From Macrostomum hystrix (taxonomy: Eukaryota; Animalia; Platyhelminthes): 64,000 bases of DNA. Below the pieces are notes generated by a model. The model saw nothing but the letters and a program-made list of their open reading frames with translations. It was not told the DNA's origin and did no database searches. Where the stretch lies: the NCBI GenBank assembly GCA_950097015.1, contig CATNEN010000015.1, forward strand, positions 1,364,001 to 1,428,000, given 5' to 3'. The number at the start of each line of letters is the position of its first letter. Position 1 is the stretch's first letter. The translations under genes were made by a program, and so were the position numbers. Of the stretch, positions 1-9,775 are shown in pieces.

Positions 1-1158
1 GTGTACTGTACAATCGACGTAGGATGATCAGGCGGCCGCATGTCGGAGAGATAGAACGCGCAGAGAAGCGGAGAGAAGACATCACCTTGTGCGACGCCTG
101 CTCGGAGAATCCGTGATTTTTTTGAGTCCCGAAACTCAACACGGGTAAATCTGCCATGGAGATAGGTATGCATTTCATCTGACGAAAGGCGTCTGTCTGC
201 TGATTAGTGACATTTTAGCCTGTGCTTTATCGATTTGACATAACAGTTTTACTCCATTTTACTATTTATATTAGTAGCTAACAACCTGTAAGCCGTGTGT
301 AATTCTAGTTATTGTGTAGCTATTAAGTTTTTAGGCCTTGCTTTTTATCTTCTGGTTAGGTCTTCTGTGTGCGCATCGATATTGTCGGTTTTGTTTTACT
401 CAATACCTTTGTGTATTTTAACTGTGCGTTCTTTTCATTCGGAGACCTGAAAAATGAATTGGCATCATACTACTGCTGTTTGCAGTGAGTAGTAGGATAA
501 GTGTAGCTTATCACCAGCTTTCCTCAGCGCTTTGGCAGCTGGATCAGTTTATTGGCAGCATTGGCTTTCTGATAGACTTTGATTACTGATTTTCCACTCT
601 ACCTACTGAGCCTCAGTAGCGTGATGCGCGTGATTGTCGGTTTTAATCAAGACAGTATTAGCGTCATGAGCAGTCAATGTGCAATTAAATGCTCAGACTA
701 ATGAGCTCGAGGTGGCCTGAGCAGGCTTTTATTTCAGAAGGGCAGAGTTCCTTACTCACAGCTAAAGTATAGACTCTCATATGAAACAGGTTTCCATTTT
801 ATTGGGCTTTCTCACAAGACGAGCTACTTCATTGTACTTTTCGCTAACTTCGGTTTCGGGCTGTCTTCGAAAGCCTTAAATCTTATTAAAACAAACGGAT
901 TATTGAGCAGCGTGAGCACAGAGTTAAATATATTTACTCCGATCTTACTGAATTAATCAATATAATCATTTCACTAGTGTAGTTGTGCATTCAGCAAGCT
1001 GAATAAGCATGGATTTTTTCTGAATATTATTGCTGCTATTATTTCAGATAAGGCTGGTGAATATATTGTTACAGCACAGTGGAAATTGAGTTGCCACTGG
1101 CTGAAGCGGAGCAGTTCAGTTTTCTGCAGTCCATGGCCGATTCATCAGCTGCTGCTGA

Positions 1159-3625
1159 TCACACCTCCAGCAGAAGCCGCACTGAGCGGAGAGACAACAT
1201 CTCGGATTTGGTGTACCATACCATGTAGGTCCAGTCTAATGTCTCTCTTGAGGGAAAAAGTCCGTTGGGACCGAAGTGATGGCAACGGTTGAACCACCAC
1301 CCTGCCTTGCCCCAAACATTCGAGCATGAGTCGCTGGAGTGTCTGTCATTGTCGCTGTCCATGGTGGAGAAGCGCGCTCTATTGCTGCTCGCCATAGCAT
1401 CGAATCCGACAGTGGACCTGTCCCACAGCATCTCTCGGTACGTCATCTCATATTTGGTGCTGGCGCCTCCCACCTGGAATCCAGCAAACTCAGCATGCAG
1501 CTCAGTCCCATTCCACAGCTTCATCTCCACTCTGAGTTTGGCACCGCCTGCGCTGAGCGAGTGGATGGCGGAGAGACCTGCGGGATCGGACAGAAGTCGG
1601 AGGCGCTGATGTGAATAGCCAGATTCAGCTGACAATCGATAAACAGATTTTGCAGTGAAGCTGCTTGCGGCTTTGAGTTTCCCGTCCTGTTATACTACAG
1701 TGGTCCTTGTCTTGGAGGTGAGCCAAAATTACATCCTCTACGAGCGTATTTAGTCCCGTTTCATTAGGGTCAGTTGGCTTTGCTGTCCCCCTTGGACCTG
1801 TCTAGCAAATCATGCCTCTCACAACAGTGGTCTTCTTCCCTTGGTACCAGGTATCTTGGCCAATCAGTCTCACTCAAAGCTACCAAGTGCATCAGCGGTA
1901 GGGTAGTTGCGGAGAGATGAGGTCCAGTTCTCAATTTTCTAACTCTCGGATGCCGGTACCGCCTTCATGAGCTAGAGGCTGGAAAAGGGCGACATTAAAA
2001 TGAAATGACCACAAGCAGCTCTCTGACCTGTCCAGAAGTCGGAGTTGTCGCCGAAGCCAGTCTCGTACTCAGCCCAGTTGCGCTGGAAGCTCACAGTCCC
2101 AGTGAGTCGCTGCTGAATCTTTACGAAGCATCTGCCGTCACGCCTGACTAGAAGCGCTTCAGTTTCAGAGATCGGACCACAGTTAGTAGTGCAGCACAGC
2201 TTGAGGCACTGCTTGAGACTTGAGCAGCTCACTGCTCTCGTGGATGGCTTCATTCGCCAGGGCAATAATTCGACACTCGATTCAACGCTGCAGTTGTCGG
2301 GTAAGAGAAAAGTCGCTCGCCATTTCGTGTGACGCCAGAAATCGGCTGGCTCCGACTCCAGCGATGATCTGAAACCAGAGGAAAGCTTACTGGCTTTAAA
2401 CATAAAACAATTAAGTCACTGGCTATAGACATAATCGAATTGAGTTAAACCAAAGAAGTCTTAAAAAGTTCCAGTACCTCAACCCGCGGCATTGTTCCAA
2501 AGTTTGGCAATGCACAAGCAGCTGAGCCGACCTCCAGTCTGCAGACAACCTCAGCGGACCGATTGAGAAGCGAGAACTCAAGGCCGAGCTCACAATGCTC
2601 TCAGCACTCCACAGTTTCATGAAGGTGACCGAGCGAGGAAACAGATCAGCCAGCTGAGACTTCACAGCTTCCAGTGTGACCTCATCTTCCAGCACTACAT
2701 CCAGCTTGAGGTAGTACATGCTACGGCTGTAGTCATACATGACTGACTTGCTGCTCAAGCTGCTGATGTTGTGGCAGAGCAGAGGCTCGATGAGTAAGTG
2801 GCCCTTGATGTCGAGTCTCTGGTGCACTCGAGCAGTGCAGCTCTCGAGGTTGATCGAGCGAACAAACCGCAGTGGACGACACGAGGAAATGTTGTACCGG
2901 CTTCTGTACAGTTCTGGCTCAAAGAAGATGTAATTCTTTTGCAATACATTATAGCTGAAACTGTGGCATTCTCTGTTCGCAACAATGGATGCTGAGAGCC
3001 GCACTCGAGATAAAGCAAGTCGTGGATTTGAGCTGATGTTTGAGCTGAAGACCACATGTGGCTCGATTGATTGCAGAAATCGCATTGACGAAAATCCCTG
3101 CAGCCACGTGTCATAGGAGGCTCTGTTGGCGGTGCTGTCGCTGCCAGGGCGTTCTTTGAATCCGAGTCTCAGAGTTGCGATGGGTTCGTCAGGACTCCAC
3201 AAGAGTCCAACACCAACTATTGATGAGTTGGGGTCAAACGAGAGGCTAATGTCTCTGACTGCCGCAAAACTCACAGACCTCGGTGACAGATGCCTGAGCT
3301 GACGTTGAACCTCTTCAAGCATGTTGGCATCCCTCAGGACAACAGGCACACTCACGTACAGCTGTTGAGTGACTGGGTCGAGTCTCAGAAGCAATCTTTC
3401 AAGCCTGTCCGTCACGCACATGACCGGCTCGACTGCCAAGTGAGGACCGTCGCTCGCTCCCGTGTCGTGCACGAACAGCGCGCAGCCGTTCACATTGAGC
3501 TGGGCGACGAAGCGGAGCTTCGGTGAGCCTGTGGCTGCGCACTGGGAGACCTGGCCAGCTGCCAGCGAGCAGAGCAGCAGAGCCAGCGCTGCAGTTTCCA
3601 CAACTTGCACACTGAAGGATTTCAT
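1159..3625 (-). CDS. Secreted fibrinogen-related-domain (FReD) protein A: signal peptide + two copies of an unrecognised ~90-aa domain + Cys-rich PAN/apple-like segment + fibrinogen C domain; exons 3625-2478, 2368-2028, 1577-1159 (635 aa)
   Basis: FReD motifs FQRNWAEYETGFG-FWTG|LSAIHSL, FSTMDSDND, GWWFNRCH. GT-AG junctions give a continuous frame (1908 nt). Hydrophobic N-terminus LALLLCSLAAG. Confidence 0.85.
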
Positions 3626-5863
3626 TGCATTGCACAGAGATTTGGTTTGAAAGCTTTCTATTTAGAGTTATGACGTTGCAGTTTGTGCAGAGCGTGAGGC
3701 AGTCAGGACAATCCGTGTCTGAGCTACTGTTAAATACTCTCTGCTAGGCATGGGGTGGTCGCTGCAGCACCCGATGCGTTCGCAAGGACTTAACGATTTT
3801 GTTTATGCTGAAACCGTGACAAACAATTCCATTAATTGCTGGAATACTTTCTTACATCCTTGTGATTGCAGCTTAGTGCGAAGTAACTGTGGAGTGTGAA
3901 CTGCCGAGCAAACAGTTCAGCGCTCAAAACGGTGCTATTTTTATTATATTTTTATCCGATGGAATAAGTTGAACTACTCCTGTGTATTTTTCCGATTTTT
4001 CAAATTTAACATTTAATATTTCCCGAACCTTTACCAGTTTTCCCAACGTGTAATATGTCAATCGATAGAAAGTATCAAGATCGATCTATTAATTCTTCTT
4101 TTAAGTCATTGTACGTAATTTCTCATACGATTCTAACAAACCCATAGAAGCGAAAAACTAAAAAGCTGTGTTACGCTAGCTTCATCCCAGGGTGCATCTT
4201 GCCACTGAAAAAACCAAAAGCATAAAAGATGCGCAACAAGTGTTTCTTCAGAATGAGATTTCAACATTTTTTGCGCTTTGGGCAAAAACCCTGAAAAAAT
4301 AGAGTGAAAAGCTTTATAATTCAATTTTGGCATGAAGCATACAAAAATCATGCTTTTAGGAATTATAGTTTCCGATAGAAAATTGTGATAAAAATCGATG
4401 ACTAAATTTTCAGTTCTTCAGAATGTTTTTAGTAGTACTATAATAGTAGGTAGTGTGAAGTCACTTTGCATAGAAAGTACCTTTGCCTCCGTTCCCTGCG
4501 TTTTCGCCGTTGATGTGATCCTGTGAGTGGTACTGCGACTCTTCCCGGTCGTTATGGCCAAAATGGTGCCGTAACTCACTCAGTGTCTCCTTGAATATCT
4601 ATATATACTCGTATATATACATATTGCTGATTTCACGCCTTTAGGTTTCTAGCAGTTGTGTTACTATATTAATACTGTCAGTAGACGTCGACGTACATCC
4701 ATGCTGTCCCTAAAATATTTTCGCAATCTTACCAATGTTATTCTCCCTCAGCCAATGAGCGTGCGAGCTCTCTGTTTGCTCAATTTATCGATCGCCCTCG
4801 TTTTCAGTCGGCCTAGCCTATTTAACTAGGCCCCCTGAGCCTGCCCGCGCTCCCACTCTTCCTCCACCGCGCCTCCTTACCTCCGCACCGCCTCCCTAAC
4901 GCACTGCCTTTCCACTGTCCTGCCGTTCTGTTTCCAGTGCTGTTCTGTTCCTATTTTTGTGCTGCCACGCTGTACCAGGATGTGTTTAGCCTATCTTCTG
5001 CTAGGCCTTCTGTTCTGTTAAAGTAAATAAATTACGATTATAATGCCCACATTTATGACGAAAGTCAACAGAAAATTTGATGGTCCTATACCTCTATCGT
5101 TACGGGCCCCCACAGCACAACTCGTTGTACGTATTTATGCAGAATTTTAAATTGGCGCGGAAATTACCGTATGAATAGCCTCAATATTGTTCGTACGGTA
5201 CTGTACGAATAGCCACTTCCAAGAACGAAAGCGATAACGAGCATAAAAAATACGAATAGCTTACGAGTATCTTTTTAAAAAAATCTAAACGTAATATAAA
5301 TTTCAGAGATGCCATTGTGATTCAGCGGAGTGCCGCTTCGCCGCCCTGATCGGCACCATGTCTAAACGGCAACGTCTGACGATCCGATGTTGTTGACATG
5401 TCAACAAATGAAATTTGTAATGAAATTAGTGACATTATAGCTGTAGGGCCTAGCTGTAGAATGTACAATTACAATTACAATTATATTTGTACAATTGCGA
5501 ATTAAAATTAATTTAAATCACTAACATGTCATGTCACCGTTCAGCGGGCGAGTGCTGAACTATATCGCATTCCCTAATATAGTTCACCGTACGCACGAAT
5601 ATTGGGAATGAAGGAAAAGCTAAAGAGGAAACAAAACTAAGTAATTACGTATTACTTTTAATCTTAATCTAAATAAAGCTATTTACAAATTTAATAATTT
5701 GGCTACTAATCACGAAGTGGTGTGTGTTGTACTGTTGTAGGCCTATTTAATAATGAATCAAATCCCACAGAATGGCACCAAAGTTGTTATTTGATTATTT
5801 AATAAATTCATCTTTTATCTTATCGCTGACACCAAAGTTGTAGTAGGCCTAATATTACAATAG

Positions 5864-6106
5864 TGTGTCGGAGAGTGCACTCTACCCCAGACAGCCGGCC
5901 CCAGACATCACACCACTGTCTGGGCGGATGCGTCACCCCTGCTCGCGCAGTCGCATTGGTTTGCGATCCTCAGTGGGGTTGGGGACATGGAGAAGTCGCG
6001 CTGGCCTTTATAAGGCTCTTTGCCTCAGGCACAGAGCCCTCACACCTTTTTGCGAACTCAAATAAACACGAACTCGTTAGCACAGCCTACTCGGCAACCC
6101 GCTACA
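5864..6106 (+). mobile_element. Solo LTR (243 bp) with 4-bp TSD ATAG
   Basis: TGT...ACA termini; ATAG at 5860-5863 and 6107-6110; internal TTTATAA and AATAAA. Confidence 0.7.
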
Positions 6107-6396
6107 ATAGCTTACTAATGCCACCAAAGTTGTACTAGGGCTATCTTTTATCTTGCTGCTGTTATCACAATCTAGCAGATATGTTTTAAACTGGCGGTCC
6201 TTAAATGGGCAGTTTAACACTTAATATTCCTCAACGTTATTCCCTTCGTAAGCTTCAGTACTCTAATGGTAGCGTTCACTTCACACGATCTGGTAGCGTC
6301 TGTATTGCACGAGCGGTAAATTAAGCAACTGAATGGATTTCTCCAGTCAATTAGGCGTCCCCGAAATTAGACTTTAGCAGTTTCCTCTTGGTAATA

Positions 6397-6460
6397 TTCT
6401 TGGTATAGTTCTTAGTATAGTTGTTAGTATGGTTCTTAGTATGGTTCTTAGTATGGTTCT
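6397..6460. repeat. 12-bp tandem repeat (ttcttagtatgg), about 5 copies
   Basis: Units read directly; they differ mostly by G/A. Confidence 0.85.
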
Positions 6461-7614
6461 CCGTTTATTTCTTAGTATTCTCCTCTCTAATAAAATGAAT
6501 AACACAATATACTTCTTTCACAAGGCACTACTTTTTATATCTTGGACGCACTTCTTGACTCCTGAGACTCATGAAACGCTTTTTCACAAAAGTGAAAGGC
6601 TTTTTTCAGTCTTCTAGTGGCGGCTATTTTACAGTACGTGTTTAAAACAAAAGATATTTACAGCATAACTACTATTTGGTAATAACTACTATTGGTAAAG
6701 TGAATAGAAAAACAAAATGTTTATTTTTGCGCGTATTTTTAACTTTTTTACATTTTTATACGTATAAACACAACACATATTAGAACATATTTACAAAATA
6801 AATAAAACGTATTTAAACTGTTATCACTTGCATCGTGTAAATACTCTCCACCAGATATTTCATTCTGTTATAAAGTTCTGTTTGAATTTCATGATCTTGA
6901 TTGGCAAGTACTATAATTTGTTACCAATAATTCAATTGCGAGTAGATATTTGCAGGTAATATATGTTTTAAGCTTGTTACTTATGTATCTACGCAGTACG
7001 ATTAAGTGAGTTTTTTCTACCTGCAGAATTTTAGCTCTAGCCTACTATAGCGCTTCAAGATTTATTTCTCTTCTTCTTCACTTGTTGTTTTCCTATAGTT
7101 TGTCTAGCGGTTTATTGCAGTCTAAAAGTCTTGAAGGCTATAACTCCTAACGACTATCGAAGCTCAGTATTTCGGCTGGTCGTAGTGATCTCTCTAGATC
7201 GTTATCGCTGATTCTACTTAATAAAGAACGCAAACACAATGATTTTCTAGTTTATCTAAACGGAGCTCGAAGTGAGTCTATAACTAACTCGCGCGGCGAA
7301 TCTTTTTCCGCGCTCCGCACCGATATATATAGTGTCTTTAAAACCCCTCGATCCGAGGGGGAGATAATACCATAGCAACAGTACGCATGAGAATTGGGGT
7401 TGAGTGAGGTCGCAGCCTCGAGTCTAGTACAGTTATTATCATTAAACTAGTTGGTTGGCAGGCACGCCAACCCCTTTTCTTTCATCGATCCCGCCTTCTT
7501 GTGCGGTCTCGGCCTCCTCCCGATCTCGTTCCCGATCGGGTCCGGGCGGCTCCAGTTTCGGCAGGGTTGGGTCGATGCAGGCAGCTGCAGGTCGGGACAG
7601 GCCGGGTTGATTCC

Positions 7615-7720
7615 GGGAGCTCCACGTCAGCACAGCTGCGTTCCGGTCTCGGGCCATTCCACGTCAGCACAGCTGCGGATCCGGTCTCCGGCAGCTCCAC
7701 GTCGGCACAGCTGCTGTCCT
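7615..7720. repeat. Three ~41-bp imperfect direct repeats (core ccacgtcagcacagctgcg)
   Basis: Core seen three times in a GC-rich patch; possibly a retroelement remnant. Confidence 0.7.
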
Positions 7721-8116
7721 GCCGAACCGGGCCTGCGCTGAAATGAATAGTTGATCTCTGGGGGCGGATTTTGTCTAATCATTCTCCTTTCGGTTGCTCG
7801 TACTTTCTGCTGTTGCTATTTTTGGCTTTTGCTTCCTACTAACGCCCACTTAAATTCCATTCAGATTTCTAAGTCTTATACCTACAGTGTACGTTATTGA
7901 AGCCAAAAGGGAACTTCCATTATAGGCTAGACAGTTCAGATTAGCCACAGTACTCTGGCGTGTTAGCTCATGTGTACATTAGTGCGCTGCACTTGGAGTG
8001 TACAGCGACTGAGTGTACAGTCCTACTCGTTTTTGGCAACATATAAATTCCCTTCCTTCTTAGGCCACGCAGAAAGATTCGTTGCCTAATTCAATCTGTA
8101 ATTAATAAGACAAGCA

Positions 8117-8737
8117 ATGGCTTCATCCCCAGAGTTACAGAAAGTAGTTATTGAACTCTATGTAGTCCAACGGCCGTTGAGCAGTAAGCGCAATGATCAA
8201 GTCTCCGGTCACAAGGTACCTCACCAGGGCTGTGTGGCCGTCACAAAGGACGGCGATAAGTACCTCATTGAGAAAGGTGAGTGGCATGAATATTTTCTCA
8301 AAGATTTTTTGTAAAAGACGACTTCAGGATGTCACCATCAGGATCAGCGAAGCGCTGACTCATGTACCAGACCCTCCTCCTCAGGTGTCGCCCCTGACGA
8401 CTTTAATGAGCTCCACCGAATCGGAGGCGAGAAGGGCAGCCGCATTGTGAAGATCAGCAGCATGCTGCCCCCGGGTTTCGAGATCGTCCAGACGGTGACT
8501 GTGTTATGTGAGGCCACGCTGCATCAACTGCTCGAAGCGAGCGGGTGCGGCTACAACTTCCTCTGCAGCAACTGCTGGAACTCCACTGAGAGCATGAAGA
8601 AAGTCGTGACTGATGACCTTCACCTGCCGTGGCAATTTGGAGCTGGACTTTCGGTCGGCGTCATAGCTGTTTTTGCCATGGTGCTGTTTGCCGTTGGAAG
8701 ACTGGTTCTTGGCGCTGCTACGGTGAGTTTCTGTTAG
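8117..8737 (+). CDS. Small LRAT/HRASLS/PPPDE-like permuted NlpC/P60 protein with C-terminal membrane anchor; exons 8117-8276 and 8385-8737 (possible further intron from the donor at 8723)
   Basis: Phase-1 GT-AG intron joins the two ORFs in frame. H-x-G motif (PHQGCV), Y-x-x-L-x-x-N-C motif (YNFLCSNC), hydrophobic tail LSVGVIAVFAMVLFAVG. Confidence 0.55.
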
Positions 8738-8962
8738 CCTTCGCTGTCACTCAAAGCCTTCGCTGTCACTCAAAGGCTTGGCTGTCACTCAAGCCTTCGC
8801 TGTCACTCAAAGCCTTGACTGTCACTCAAAGCCTTCGCTGTCACTCAAAGGCTTGGCTGTCACTCAAAGCCTTCGCTGTCACTCAAAGGCTTGGCTGTCA
8901 CTCAAAGCCTTCGCTGTCACTGAATCCTTCGCTGTCACTCAAAGGCTTCACTGTCACTCAAA
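8737..8962. repeat. 19-20-bp minisatellite (gccttcgctgtcactcaaa / ggcttggctgtcactcaaa), about 11-12 units
   Basis: Read directly. Confidence 0.95.
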
Positions 8963-9407
8963 GCTGAGAAGTTTACAAATCGCCAAATTTCACTTTATCG
9001 CCAATTTCAGCGTCAGTAAGCTTCGAGCTTTGAGACTTCGAGTCAGCTTTGCTATGAGCTCATTAGCAAAGCAAACTTAGTAAAGCGACGATGATGATTG
9101 AAGCCAATGCTAGAAATCAAGAAGCATGGGTAACTCGCAAACAGTAAAATTAAGACTGTTTTATCTCTTCACTCATTTATCTGTTTGCCTCTATATACTC
9201 GTACTATATATTACTTATGACACACCCGAAGTAGCATATTGGTTCCTAACGCAACTAGGTACGAGCTACATAGCCGGGCTCGACGAGTGCAAAAAAATCT
9301 TATTAGCTTTTAATAAATCTTCCTGATTTCAAATATTAATTTTTTTCTGCTACTGGCGAAATAGCGCCCACCGTTATATTGAAATACTAATTTACCTACC
9401 TGGTGAT

Positions 9408-9748
9408 TGTTCGGATGGTTATTATTTGTCGGGCTGCGTTGTTCTGCAAAATTATTATTATTATTTTTCTCGGCCTAGGTACATGGATGCCAAGGTTGTG
9501 TCGGCCCTTACTGTACGTTCTTTCCGCGTGCGCCAGCCACCCCATTTTTTATAGTATATCAAGCGCTGCTGGACGTTCAATAAGATTAAAGGTGTTGTGT
9601 TTTTTTGTTTGTTTGTTTTTCAATTAAAGATTGCCTGCGCGAGATCGCAGCGTTGACTGCAGGCTTTACGGAGGCCTGACCTAGTGTTAGAACAAAAAAG
9701 TTGATATCTTTGTTTCCTTCCGGTTCTCTTGTCTTTGACTGAAAAACA
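9408..9748 (+). repeat. 5' LTR of the BEL/Pao element
   Basis: Matches 16072-16412 with no difference found by eye. Confidence 0.95.
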
Positions 9749-9751
9749 TAG

Positions 9752-9769
9752 TGGTAGCAGAGCGTGGTT
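9752..9769 (+). promoter_or_regulatory. Primer-binding site (TGGTAGCAGAGCGTGGTT), complementary to an initiator-Met-type tRNA 3' end
   Basis: Starts 3 nt after the 5' LTR. TGGTAGCAGAG is the complement of the animal tRNAiMet 3' end (CUCUGCUACCA). Confidence 0.8.
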
Positions 9770-9775
9770 AGGAAA

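Noticed and set aside
41-212. TGTC...GACA-bounded segment starting tgtcggagag, like the solo LTR
   Set aside because: No target-site duplication and no further similarity; cannot call it an LTR.
6781-7260. Possible decayed gag-like ORF on the minus strand
   Set aside because: About 12 stops in 160 codons is what random AT-rich DNA gives; the resemblance is too vague.
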